Source: Takakia lepidozioides (Eukaryota > Plantae > Bryophyta). Taken from it: DNA of 64,000 bases. A program made the position numbers and the translations under genes. The stretch lies in assembly GCA_030704615.1 (NCBI GenBank), contig CM060732.1:496001-560000 (forward strand), read 5' to 3'. Position 1 is the stretch's first letter, and the number at the start of each line of letters is the position of its first letter. Shown one piece after another: positions 51,352 to 64,000 of this stretch. Under the pieces are notes generated by a model. The model did no database searches. It was given only the letters and a program-made list of their open reading frames with translations, and was not told the origin of the DNA.

Positions 51352-54300
51352 TGCAACTGCCCGGTGCATACATTAGTTGTTTGGGAGGCCTTGAGTCTTT
51401 GGAGTATAGAGGCGGCTGGGGCTATCCGGAATTCAGGAAGAAGATCTTGTTTGTTGTGGGGGAAGAGTGAGCATGGGAGGTCGCAATCAATGGTATAAGA
51501 GGCTGTCGGGTAACAGAATAAGGTACGAAGGTGTTATAGACACCGTCTTGTTTTGATAGTACAGCACGGGAGTGTTTCAGGGTAAATTGGCATGGAGTTA
51601 ATAGTCGGTTACAAGTGGTTACAAAGTTGGGTGAGATTAGTGATGTGGCGGTCTTTGAAGTAGGAGAAGATGGGTTTTTTTTTACGGGGGTGTGATGGCT
51701 GTTAAGCCAAGCACGTTCAAGCGGTGATGTTGGGGGCAGTTCTGGCCCAGAATGTGACAGGCACAATAGATTCACCAAACTATTATGAGACGCTAAGGAT
51801 TGTGGGCTAGGATGGCAAGGTCATCTGCATAGGCTGCGAAGAGATGGCGTTGTTGGAGGTTTGCTGACAGCGGCTGAGAAAAACTATAGCACCACGGAAA
51901 GGGAAGCATTGGCAATGATTTATGTTGTTCAAAAGTTTTGGCATTATTTACTTGACAATTGCTTTAAGTTTATTGTTGATCATCAGGCTCTAGTTCATTT
52001 AGCACATCGACCACTAGCTAGTGGCAAGGTTGCTCGATGGTTATTACTTCTTCATGAGTATGATTTTGAAGTGGTTCATAAACCTGGAAGATTACATGTC
52101 ACAGCAGATCATCTATCAAGACTTACTACTGGAGAACCAGCCACAGGAGTAGAGGATCAACTTCCCGACGCATTTCTGTTTGTTGTTCAACCAGAAGCAC
52201 AAGATGAAGAGACAGACCCTCTAGACGCTCTGGGAGTATTCCAGGGAGACTATGACCTTCCAGATGCACTGAAACTAATGGATGACACTGATGAAGAAGA
52301 AGACTCATCAAATGAGGATGAACCCCTCGATGAAGGACCAATTATTGAAGAAGAGGCAGAACAAGAAGAAGATGACAAAGAAAACAAGGAGCCAATTGAT
52401 CAAGCCATGACCAACATTAGCATTGGGACTTATGCAGTCACCGTGGAAGATTCAGAAGAACTTCATAATCAAGATCAAGATGATTGGCAATGGCCAATCA
52501 AATACTACTTGATAACAGGGAAATTTCTTGAAGAATATACCAAAGATGACCGGAGAAAGCTTTCAATGAAAAGCAAACCATACACAATAATCCGAGGAAT
52601 TCTATACAAACGAGGACTTGATTCCATCATGAGACGATGTGTCAACAAAGAACAGGCCAAAACAGTGATGCAAGAATTACACGAAGGAATATCAGGAGGA
52701 TACTTCAGCTCAGATCTAACAGCAAAGAGGATATTATTGGCAGGATACTGGTGGCCTACAATTTTTGGAGACACTTACGAACACTGCCAACAGTGTGATG
52801 TCTGCCAAAGAATGGGACCAATAGAAAGAACTGGAAAAGGAGCGATGCATCCAATACTACCAACAGAACCATTTCGTTGGGGACAAGACTTCGTGGGACC
52901 CATTAAACCTCCAGCAAGGTACACACAGAACCAATACATCCTCACAGCCACTGACTACACTACCAAATGGGTAGAGGCCAAGGCACTAAGAGACAACACT
53001 GCCAGGTCGACAGCCAATATGAAAACATCATCACACGATTTGGTTGCCCACTGGAATTTGTCAGTGATCACGGATCACATTTTATAAATGATGCCATAAA
53101 ATGCTTGACGGAGGAGTTCATGATTGTACATCACAAGAGTACTGCTTACTATCCCCAGGGAAATGGCCAGGCCGAATCTACCAACAAGATATTATGCACT
53201 ATCTTAACCAAGATAGTGAACGCCAATCGTACAGATTGGGATACCAAAATGAACACAACACAATGGGCATTCAGGACATCATACAAGGTGACCACGAAAC
53301 ATACATCATTTCAACTGGTGTATGGAGCAGAGGCACTATTACCCATTGAATGCATGATACCCACACTACGAACTAGAACTCATGAACGATGGGGTTTAGA
53401 AGAATCTCTACGAGTCAGGGAACATGAGTTATTTCATCTGGAAGAAGTTCGGGCAGACGCTGCAGATAACATGGCACGAATTCAAGAACAACGAAGAAAA
53501 AGAATATCCAAAGGGAAAGAAAAATCTTTCCAGGACAGGGAAATTGTTTTGTGGCTACCAAAAATCAAGAAGATCAAACTGGGAGGAAAATTGAAAATGC
53601 CATGGATGGGACCGTTTCAAATTAAAAGGGTACATGATAATGGAACTGTAGATTTGCAGACCTTGGAACAAGAGTTCGTGGGACGAATGAATATCAATAA
53701 GTTAAAGGGCTACAAAGGGATACATGACAGAGCCCTTATACATGACTTATACGCGAACGAGGAAGACCACACCGCAGATGAAGAACGTGAAATCACCAAT
53801 GCATACTACATTCATCACGACACAGTGAATCAGCATGTACTAAGACAGGTGGCAGTACGAGTTCAAGGCACCGCTACGTTTAGACCACCACTAATTTGGA
53901 TGTCGGCACTACCACCCCGTATACCGTATGGTGAACCGTGGCCAGCACATATGCCCTACAGAACCGTGAACGAATACGAAACAGCCAACAAGTCACTGCT
54001 TGTGTTAAACTCCGAGATGTACGCTCCAGATGACCCCACCGACCGTGGTAATCATACACCACTAACCATCGATCATAACACGGAGAAAGAACGACGGCGC
54101 AATCCAACGGATTGCCAAAAGACGGCGGACGATAAGGGCAAAGCCATTAAACCGATCTGCAAGTACTGCGCACACGCCGCTCATCTAAAATCAGACCACG
54201 TGCCAAGATGGATGAATGTAAACCAACCGAAATAGGAAATCACTAGAAGAGAAACCGGCTTTTTCCACGTGTATGCCATCTCACACTTGGCACATTCCAC

Positions 54301-55863
54301 GGCTTTTATCACGGGTCTGTAGACTGAGCCAAGGTGTGGGTCTAAATATGCCCTAACTGTGGGGTGTCTCACATGTGGTCCACACCCCAGGCAAGAACGG
54401 TGTGAAAACAGCCATGAGCGTGGCAGGGGTTGGCTTAGTTTACATGGCATGTTACACACCTGTGTGAAATGGGACCATACAATTATTTCCACTGATTGTG
54501 GTATATGGGTTTAGTTAGTACTCCGCTGCAAATGGAATAAATCATGAACTTCAGAAATCTGCCCTCGGAAAGACGAAGAGGTGGTCGTCGCACTTTGCAA
54601 TGTAAACCGAATGCAATGCAAGCTTAACAGTCCTCATATTATGATTGAAGGGAGTCAAATTAAGTGTGGCCATATCAGTGCAGGGACATAAATATGAATC
54701 ATTCAACATTGTAAAATGAAAACAGGGTAGAGCTAGTACATGGTACCTTTAAAACTTGTTGCAGAGTGCAAAAGGCTTAAAGATCATAGTGCAAAAGGTT
54801 TAATTTTTTTTGCAAAAGTTGCTTATAGGGTTTGCAAAAGGTTAATTTTTTAAAAAAGTTGCCCATCCCGGTAGCTGTGAACAGAGGGCTGGGACTTAGA
54901 GCGAGCGAGCGGGAGGGAGGGAGAGAGAGAGAGTGAGCTGGGACTTAGAGCAGCGAGCGGGAGGGAGGGCAAACATGGGAGGCCCGCAGTTGGAGCAACC
55001 TTCGCATCTGAAAAGCAAGCAACCCGACAAACGCTAGGGTATGTGTGCGAGGACTAGGTGTCGGCTGAAAGCTCGCCGTTATGGGGAGAGTCAGCTTGGT
55101 CTAGATCGAGGACAATGTGGTGAGGGCACCTTCTTCTTCGACCTATTTCAGCCTGTTTTGCGCTCTCATCAGACTCAGCCCTGAATTTATAGCACGGAGC
55201 AGAGCTGGCATGAGTTTTTAAAGATCCTTCATGATGGTGGGACAACCGCAATCGCAAGGTGTGGCTTTTTCTTAATGTACGATGTGAAGAAGTTTGTCCA
55301 TCCTGCAAATGTGGGCTCTTGGCTCCTATTAGTACCGTGCTTTGGTATCCTTCCTAATGAACTTACAAGGTTCTTGGAAGAGTCAGCTTGGTCTTAGCAG
55401 GCCGTGCTTCAATTTCTGCCCGCTCAGCTGCACCGTGGTGGTTCTCACAAACCAATCAGACATTACCTGACTACAGACACAAGCAGCACAAACAAGAGGT
55501 TCTCTTAGGTTCATGGTCAGTCAAATCCTCCATGGGTCATGACACAAGGTCGAGGACAATGTGGTGAGGGCACCTTCTTCTTTGACCTATTTCAGTCTGT
55601 TTTTCCCTCCCATCAGACTCAGTTGATAGAACCAGGCAGCGGTAACGGAGGCACCTTCTTCAATACATTTCAGCCTGTTTTCCCTGTTATTAGAGTTGTC
55701 CCTAATTTTCGTGTTGAATTCTGCAAGTTAGCTCTTGGTGGATCTATGGTACCAGGGGTTTTGAAGTGATTTTGACATGTTACTGCCTATGTGGCAACAG
55801 GAAAGTATTGAAAACAGATAACAGAAACTAGGAGAAGCTCTGGAATGAAGGAGCAGGGATAGA

Positions 55864-56680
55864 GTGTGGGTTGAGATTCATCAAAGCGGGCCGGATTTCA
55901 AGCTCCAGATCACCTATGATTCCCTGTGGAAGGATAGCTATAAGAAACCTGCATGGGTAGATGGTCAATTGGAAGCCGCGGCACCAGCGGCACAAATGAT
56001 CAAAGCAAGCACCTCAACCATGACCACAGCTTCTGGAAGAGGATTAGGAGAGGGAGTCCACAATGCCTATTCCGGCACTTCTGGGCATGTCAAGATGCTT
56101 TGTGAGGCAGCCAGACTGAATGAGGCTCTACAGACTTTAAACCAATGAGGAATTTCAGCAGATTTAGATAAGTATGTCTGTCTCTTGCTTAAGTGCATCA
56201 AGAGGAAAGGTCTGGAAGTTGGAAAGTAGGTGCACGCTCACATTATGATCCAAAGTGGACTCACGCCAACTGTTTTCTCCTCAACACCCTTGTCAACCTG
56301 TATGTTAAGTGCGGGAGCATTCCGAATGCTCACCAAGTTTTCAACAGAATGCCTCAACGATCTTTGATCTCATGGAATATAATGCTGGAAGGATTTACCA
56401 CGCGTGGGTGTTTGTGTTTGCAAAAGCGTGTGCAAGCCTGGGACCTCTGGAAAATGGGAATGAGGTCCATGGTGACATCGTCAAAGCTGGAATTGTACCA
56501 GATGTCATTCGGAACACTACCCTGGTGGACATGTATGCCAAATGTGGGTGCATTAAGGATGCAAAGGGAGTTTTCAACACTATGGCTGAATGAGATGTGG
56601 TGTCATGGGACGTGATGCTTGCAGGGTATGCACAGCAGGGACATGGTATGGAGGCTTTGGAGACCTACGATCAAATGATG
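55864..56680 (+). pseudogene. PDF-motif + PLS-PPR copy 1 (disrupted)
   Basis: GPDFKLQITYDSLWKDSYKKPAWV followed in frame by LCEAARLNEAL, then P/L/S motifs with stops and frameshifts. Confidence 0.8.
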
Positions 56681-56789
56681 AGGAAAGGGGGCACCTTCTT
56701 CAATAGCACAGCGGCTACAAGTGGGTAGATGGTCAACTGGAAACAGTAGCGGCAGCAGCACATTGATAGAACAAGGCACTAGCTAGGAT

Positions 56790-58620
56790 CAATAGCTACA
56801 AGAAACCTGCATGGGTAGATGGTCAATTAAAGGCAGCAGCTGCAACGTCACAGTTGATAAAATCAGGCACCTCAACCATGACCACAACTTCTGGAAGAGG
56901 ATCAAGAGAGGGAGTCCACAATGCCTCTTCTGGCACTTCTGGGCATGTGAAGATGCCTTGTGAGGCACGCAGACTGAAAGAGGCTCTACAGACTTTAAAC
57001 CAAGGAGGCATTTCAGCAAATTCCGCATGTCTGTGTCTTGCATAAGTGCATCAAGGTGAAAGGCCTGGAAGTTGGAAAGCAAGTGCACACTCACATTATC
57101 CAAAGTGGATTCACGCCAAATGTTTTTCTCCTCAACACCCTTGTCAACATGTATGTTAAGTGCGGGAGCATCATGGATGTTCACCAAGTGTTCAATAGAA
57201 TGCCTCAACGATCTTTGATCTCGTGGAATATAATGTTGGCAGGATTTACCAAGCATAGGTGTGGTAGGAATGCTTTGGAGACCTATGAGCAAATGATGGG
57301 GGAAGCGGTGAAGCCCAACCACATCACGTTTGTGAGCGTTTGCAGTGCGTGTGCAAGCCTGGCAGCCCTGGAAAAGGGCAAAGAGGTGCATGGCAACATC
57401 GTGAGAGCTGGAATCCTACCAGATGTCATCCTGAATACTGCCCTGGTGGACATGTATGCCAAATGTGGGTGCATCGAGGATGCAAAGGGAGTGTTCGACA
57501 ATATGGCTGAACGAAATGTGGTGTCGTGGAGTGCGATGCTCGCAGGATATGCACAACAGGGGCGCGGGATGGAGACTTTGGAGACCTATGAGCAAATGAT
57601 GGGGGAAGGGGTGAAGCCCAACCACATCACGTTTGTGTGCGTTTGCAGTGCGTGTGCAAGCCTGACAGCCCTGCAAAAGGACAAAGAGGTGCATGGTGAC
57701 ATCGTCAGAGCTAGAATCGTACCAGATGTGATCCTGAACAATACCCTGGTGGACATGTATGCCAAATGTGGGAGCATTGAGCATGCAAAGGGAGTGTTCG
57801 ACAATATAGCTGAACGAGATATGGTGTTGTGGAGTGCGATGATTGCAGGGTATGCACAGCAAGGGCGCGGGATGGAGGCTTTGGAGACCTATGAGCAAAT
57901 GATCTGCGAAGGGGTGAAGCCCAACCACGTCACATTTGTGTGCGTTTGCAAGCCTGGTAGCCCTGGAAAAGGGCAAAGAGGTCCATGGTGACATTGTCAA
58001 AGCTGGAATTGTACCCAATGTCATTCTGAACTCTGCCCTGGTGGACATGTATGCCAAATGTGGGAGCATTGAGGATGCGAAGGGATTGTTCAACACTATG
58101 GCTGAACGAGATGTGGTGTCGTGGAACACGATGCTTGCAGGGTATGCACAGCAGGGGCGCGAGATGGAGGCCTTGGAGACGTATGAGCAATTGATGGGGG
58201 AAGGGGTGAAGTGCAACCACATCATGTTTTGTGTGCGTTCGCAATGCTTGTGCAAGCCTAGCAGCCCTGGAAAAGGGCAAAGAGGTGCATGGTGACATCG
58301 CCAAAGCTGGAATTGTACCAGATGTGATTCTGAACAATACCCTCGTGGACTTTTATGCCAAATGTGGGTCCATCGAGGATGCAAAGGCAGTGTTTGATAA
58401 GATGGCTGCACAAGATGTGGTATCATGGAACGTGATGATCGGAGGATATGCCCAGCAGGGTCACGGGATGGAGGCTTTGGATACCTATGAGCAAATGATG
58501 GACAAAGGGTACCAACGACAGTTTGGAGGCTGTGATGGCTTCATATGTGTGGGGAAAATGAAGCGAAGGGATAGAGTGTGGCCAGATTTCAGGCACAAGA
58601 GTACTTATGATTCCCTATGA
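56790..58620 (+). pseudogene. PLS-class PPR copy 2 (about five 303-bp P-L-S triplets, frameshifted, no E/DYW domain)
   Basis: Repeats of VDMYAKCG.IEDAK.VFD.MAER.VVSW.AM.AGYAQQG.G.EALETYEQM. Frameshifts at ~57040, ~57945 and ~58235. Ends in PDFRHKSTYDSL. Confidence 0.88.
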
Positions 58621-58879
58621 ATCAATAGCTACTAGCAACCTGCATGGGACGTAGATGGTCAACTGGAAGCTGCAGCAGCAGCAACACAATTGATAAATTC
58701 AGGCACTGCTAATGGAGGCACCTTCTTCAACACATTTCACCCTGTTTTTCCCTCTTATCAGAATCGGCCCTGAATTTTCATGTTGAATTCTGCAAGTTAG
58801 ATGGTTGAGTGAACCTTTGACAGTTTGGAGTGACTGACTGATATTGCCAATGTGACAACAGGAAAGTATCCAGAAACAG

Positions 58880-59530
58880 GTAACAGAGACAAGGAGACCA
58901 GGAGTTGTGGAATGAATACTTTTCTGACCCCAGTCAATGGTGGGACAATCGAGGCAAAAGGTAAATGCCTGTTGGATTACAGAGAATAGCAAATGCAATT
59001 GAGCATAAGAAGTAGTGTGATAAGTTGAGTTGGGTGTTTCCTAGAACAATTATAGGCTTTCATTGTCAGTTGCTAGTAGCACGGAAAGGGTGAATGCATG
59101 ATTTGTGCAAAGGCATGGATAGCTGAAGGAGCAGAGATAGAGTGTGGGTCCAGATTCATCTAAGAGGGCCAGATTTCAAGCTCCACAATACCTGTGATTC
59201 CCTTTGGATCAATAGCTACCAGAAACCTGCATGGGTAGATGATCAACTGGCAGCAGCGGCACAATTGATATAATCAGGCACTGCTAATGAAAGCATCTTC
59301 TTCAGCACATTTCACCCTATTTTTCCCTCTTATTAGAAACGGCCCTAACTTTCCATGTTGAATTCTGCAAGTTAGCTGATTGAGTGAATCTAGTTTGGAG
59401 TGACTTTGATATGATACTGCCGATGTGACAACAGGAAAGTATTCAGAAACAGGTAATAGAGATGAGGACAAGCTGTGGAATGAATACTTTTCAGACCCCA
59501 GTCAATGGTGGGACAATCGAGGCAAGAAGG
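58880..59530 (+). pseudogene. OSB-type PDF-motif exons (tandemly duplicated ~570-bp unit)
   Basis: LWNEYFSDPSQWWDNRGK|gt (58905-58960 and 59474-59529), and ag|IHLRGPDFKLHNTCDSLWINSYQKPAWV (59154-59237). Confidence 0.75.
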
Positions 59531-62500
59531 TGAATGCTTGTTGGATTATAGAGAGTAGCAGATGCAATTGAGCATAGGAACTAGTGTGATAAGTTGAGTT
59601 GGGTGTTTCCTAGAACAAATCTAGGCTGTCATCGTCAGCTGCTAGCAGCAAGGCAAGGATGTATGCTTGATTTGTGCAGAGGCATGGATAGCTGAAGAAG
59701 CAGGGATATAGTGTGGGTCCGGACTCAGGTGTTTCCGCCTTGGCAGGTTGCTCAGTGACCTTCCCTGGTAGCTTTGGAGTATAGTGAGTGTCTCACAATG
59801 CAATGTTGGTTGGTGCATCTTATGCAGGAGCTTGGGAAACAAACAAATGTCATTTTTTGGAGCTTTAGGCTGAATCTCTGTGTTGGGCTGCATTGCGCAG
59901 CCTGGCCTCTGCCTCAGACTCATACTCAGATCTTTGATCTCAGACTCAGACTCTTTGATGTCAGACTGAAGTGTATTTGGACAATGAAGCACTTATGTAA
60001 TTTTGAATTATCGTTGCATCTGCTCATTCTATCTGTTGTTCTGGCCATGCTTAGTCAGTTCTTCATGTCATGAGCAGGTTGTTGCCTTGATGCTTTGGAA
60101 TTGTGTTTAGGTGTCTTTAGATCGTGATACTGACCACAAGCAACCTACGGTGAACTGTGGTATCTTCCACATTTATGTGGAATGTCCTACAACGTAGGCC
60201 GTAGTATATTTCACACCCGCTATGGTCTTCTCCACAGTTATGTGGAATGACCTACAGTATAGGCAATAAAATACTCCACACCCACACCAAGAGTTGCTCC
60301 AAAATATGCCACGTGTCGCCCTGCCAAAAATACATGTGATGCCCATACCGTTGCCCAGATGTCGTCAAGCCATGGTGACAGGCTGTCGCATAATTTTCCC
60401 GTAGGTGTGGACAAGTCCACACCCTTTGTACGTTTAGGATCCACGTGGCGGTGTTCGCCAAAGCACACGTCGCCCGTGGAAAAAGCCATTCACCCCGTGA
60501 AAAAAACCACCTGTGGATTCAGCCACCCATGGACTTTTCCACAGGGCCACCCGAGAGCCAGGCCGTCCACGGGGTGTCCGAAAGCACTAGTCGTTTCTTA
60601 CACCCACGACAGGTGTGGATTGCAGCTGATTCCACAGCAAAAAGTGTGGAAAAAGCCGTGGAAATAGCCGGTTTCTCTTCTAGTGAATCATCAACAACCA
60701 TCAGTCCAATCCAAGACAAACCACGAAGAAAACACCAACGGAAGAAAATCAAGCACATCCAGAAAAGGGATGAGGTCTACTCAAAACCGTTACCAGAAGC
60801 TAAATGCTTCTTGGTAAGCGCGGGCCCAGCAATTAAAGCTAACTGCGCTTTAAACCTAGGAGGACAGCATGACAGAATTACCTCCACGAGAACCTCGAGA
60901 GAAGATAGAGTGGAAGCCCACAGAGGAGAACCCCTATTTAAATCCAGAAACGAACCCCACACCTCCTTTTCCGCAAACTGGAAATTGTCGTCTACACAAC
61001 TTCCAATGTGCTTCATACTGTTCTTGATACAGGAATTGGTGCTCCAATTCCTTACAACAACAGCAAAACGAAGGGAAATGGCAGGCACCAAACGGAAGAC
61101 ACCAAGTTCTTATGCGTAGGTGAATTTCAAAATCAGCCCGGCGTTGCGGAAAATCGAGCAAGACACAGAGACACAGGAGACGTTGGACAGTCTTGGCGTG
61201 CGGTACTTTGTCACCACGCTGGACTAGAACCTTAACCACGACGATCTGTGCAGGGAGTTCTTGGAGAACTACAACACCAGCACTCGAAGCACAAACGTCC
61301 GTGACACACATATTCTATTGACGGAGAAGTACTTGGTGGAAGTGTTTCACCTTCCCAGTCTGGACGTACTGGCGCACAGCGGCAAATCACCAAGGTTTGT
61401 AATTGCGAACCTGTTTGAGAATCTCAACCAAGCCGATCAGGGCTACACATGCAGTCACAACAAAAACCCCGGCTTTAAGAAGATAGCCCCGGTACTTAGC
61501 ACATTGCTTTGCCTCAGGCAAAACCATAGCTATTGCACCAAGGAGCTAATCGACCAAGTGTTGATTTGCCTCAATGGGCAAATCATGAATTGGGCAGGCT
61601 TCTTATTGAAGAAGTTGACCCAAGAATTAACCAGGTTGACAAAGAAGAAGAAGGAAGTGGCGGTTACCATGGTTACTCCCCTGTTACTCCAAATGATTTG
61701 ACACACTGTGCACTTGATACCCAAAGACCAAACAACGTTGGGAATCATGCAGCGGGCAGATACGATGGAGGAGGAAGGAAGTGAGACGGCAGCAGGTCAA
61801 GAGGAAGAAAGACAACAATTAGAGGAAGAGGGCGGACTTGCAAAGAGAGCCCGGATCGACGAAGCAACCATGAGTGCAATGGCAGAAAACATCTTCAACT
61901 CAACGGCTGATTCCACACTACAGAGAGAAAGAGAGAATCAACAGCCAGAAAGAGGGGTCCAGCCGCAGGCCAATGAAGCAACACCCATGGAAATTGGTCA
62001 TGCCAACACCAAAATCCATCAAACAACACCTGCAGAGGTCACACAACGAGCAACAGAGGAGGGAGCCATAGTGGTGCAGCAACAGCAGGTGGTGCAAGAG
62101 GCACAAAGTCAGCAGCAACAAGACAATAATTCCAATTTGGAATTACTACTCGCACAACAAGTCTTGGATACAACAGCATGGGACACGGGTTTGGAAGAAA
62201 CGCCACAGAATGTAATTCTGCAGGCAATGCAAGCGTTGGGTCAAGTAACGGCCTACATGGATAGGGCCAAGGATTACGTAAGCCCGGAGAACCTTAGCAT
62301 GATCATGGACCACCGTCTGGCAATTCCAAGAACCTCTGAAAGAATTGTTTGGACAATCTTTCTTTCTCAGTTTCACAGGGAATTTGATTCACATCAAATT
62401 CCTTGATTCTCGCTCACCCGCATCAGCAGACTATGTCTGCCTGCACAATCAAACCCAGTGTGAAAAAATGAAAGACAGGGTCCTCACGACAATGAGTGTA

Positions 62501-62544
62501 ATGTGAATTCGTAGTAAAATATGGTGAATGTACAGAGAACTCAC

Positions 62545-63140
62545 TTGTTTATATCATGCATGGCTGTTAGCAGCTGGGTGTAGTTCCCACTGGGATCCAA
62601 AACGCATGCCGCAACTGAGTAGTGCCAGTCTTTCTCCTCTTGATGCATATTGGCGATGTACTCCATCCAAGCAAGCAGGCGGTGGTTCCCGTCCCAAACA
62701 AAGAACATCTTGATACTGTACACCTGCAACTCGGGACTCCTGGACAGAGACTGTTCGAACTCCAAATTCACTTCCTTCCACCACTCATCCCACTTGCCAA
62801 TGATCTCCTTGTCAACCACTTTCTCGTTTCCATTGGAATCACCTACTGAAACATAAAACACTGGGGTTCCAAACACATACCCGTGCACAAAATCTCCCTG
62901 GAGTTTCCTGATACCCCCCGTCAAGGCAGGACGAACAGCGGGCATTGAGATCATCCTGCAGCTCGGGTATCATTAGGTTTGCCTCCATAACCATCATGGA
63001 CCGGATTACTTGTTCTGATTTCACCTTGGACCCCGACCTGATCTTGATGGCCATGCCCTTGTAATCCATATCAGTGTCCTGCACTTCTGTCTGGACAGTT
63101 TGCGCCACACCAGGTTCTTTGCCCTTCCTCCTCCTCTTCT
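62545..63140 (-). pseudogene. Second, diverged ParB/Srx-like gene exon (homolog of the 2447-7390 gene)
   Basis: KMFFVWDGNHRLLAW is identical; CRMISMPAVRPAL aligns to CRMVSLPIVRQAL. Same phase-2 GT donor after MHDINK/MADLNS. Frameshift at ~62965. Probable further exons at ~63797-63883 and beyond the window. Confidence 0.85.
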
Positions 63141-63230
63141 GCTCGACACAAGAAACAGGTGAGAAATGCTAGCTTTAGCTTCCAACAGTGAAAACTCCCA
63201 TTCAAATATAGGTTACTTCCAGACTCAGAA

Positions 63231-63654
63231 ATCAGGCTTGCGTCAACGCAAGCCTGATATGGAGGTCTTGCAAGCACCCATATGCAACTCATTCCGAGAG
63301 TGGAAATCATGCAAATGGGGAAGAACCAATGTCTGAGCTCCATTCTTTCGTCAACGCAAGCATGTACCGACTTCGAAACATACTCTTTCATAGTGTTCCT
63401 CCTCTCTTACTCACACATCATGAATCCCATACAAGATCTGCCACTCAGTGGCTTAAGCTACTAATTCTGCGCCTCCACTTCAGGCTTGCATCAACACAAG
63501 CATGATTTGGAGGTCTGAAAAAAGTCATTGTTTTGCTACTTTCATTATGAGAGAGGGCCCTTGCTTCAGTCCAGATAACCAAGTTGATTCAGAAAAATGG
63601 GAAATGTGAAGCCGCTGGAGACCTCCGAAACAGGCTTGCGTCACCGCAAGCCTG
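63231..63654. repeat. Palindrome family 2: CAGGCTTGCGT-CA-ACGCAAGCCTG, four copies
   Basis: Perfect 13-bp arms at 63231-63258; variants at 63346-63364, 63481-63504 and 63631-63654. Confidence 0.85.
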
Positions 63655-64000
63655 GTGCTGCTCTCTCAAACCTGGTATCCTGCACTCTCTTACTTCTCTA
63701 TGCGAACACATCTAATGCAAAAGAGAAAGAGTTTCAGGATTTCGTTGACACAACCTTGGACAGCGCACTCCAAAATAGATGTGAGAAGCATGAACAAACC
63801 TCTACCGGGTTCTCGCCTTGGCCTGTTGGTGCAGATCCGTCCCTTCTGTTGCCCTTCTCCATCGCCGCCACCTGGTTTCGGAGAGACTGCATACGAGCAG
63901 AATGGTTACACCTGAATCAAATGAAAGAGCTTTGTTTCACTTGTAGGAAAATGGTGTAAAGGTCTTCTCACCGCGATGGCTACGGCTTCTTCTTGTGCTT

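Larger units (their letters stand above)
54241..60685. mobile_element. Pack-CACTA (6,445 bp) carrying PPR/OSB-like gene fragments, no transposase
   Basis: TIRs CACTAGAAGAGAAACCGGCT (54241) and AGCCGGTTTCTCTTCTAGTG (ends 60685), perfect 3-bp TSD AAT, CCAC/GTGG subterminal repeats at both ends. Confidence 0.93.
51861..62406 (+). mobile_element. 5'-truncated Ty3/Gypsy element (RNase H-integrase + extra 3' ORF), split by a CACTA insertion
   Basis: [12 protein letters not shown]...DHQAL...VVHKPG..ADHLSR; integrase CQQCDVC, DFVGP, SDHG, GNGQAESTNK with a frameshift at ~53015. Extra ORF 61078-62406 in one frame with stops at 61117, 61225 and 61699 (REFLENY...LVEVFHLP...NWAGFL, plant-transposon-ORF-like). 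Confidence 0.8.

Overview
Land-plant nuclear DNA, probably non-seed/bryophyte-like (inferred from PLS-PPRs, the DCL1 intron-7 hairpin and the missing miR162 site). One intact host gene, a 20-exon DICER-LIKE1 (21356-36594, +), lies among nested transposable elements. The main candidate for a new system is a >14.5-kb Mutator-like DNA transposon (1-14545). It carries a GCM-DDE-SWIM transposase and, divergently, a spliced ~1,370-aa gene fusing a ParB/Srx-type domain (VWDGNHRLLAW) to a beta-class amino-(N4C/N6A) DNA methyltransferase fold. About 50 copies of the 20-bp palindrome GAAATGCGG-NN-CCGCATTTC sit in helically phased arrays (32-33 bp and 53 bp periods) and in that gene's introns. A diverged second ParB-like gene at 62.5-63.1 kb has its own related palindrome (CAGGCTTGCGT-CA-ACGCAAGCCTG), suggesting cognate protein/site pairs. 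The Mutator-like element abuts and truncates a Ty3/Gypsy relic that encodes a DNMT3-like C5 methyltransferase inside pol. Also present: a miRNA-like hairpin in DCL1 intron 7, a 6.4-kb Pack-CACTA (AAT TSD) carrying PLS-PPR/OSB-PDF-motif fusions, an IS3EU-like transposase relic, hAT MITEs, SINE-like relics and a second Gypsy element. All calls are by eye; no searches were run.
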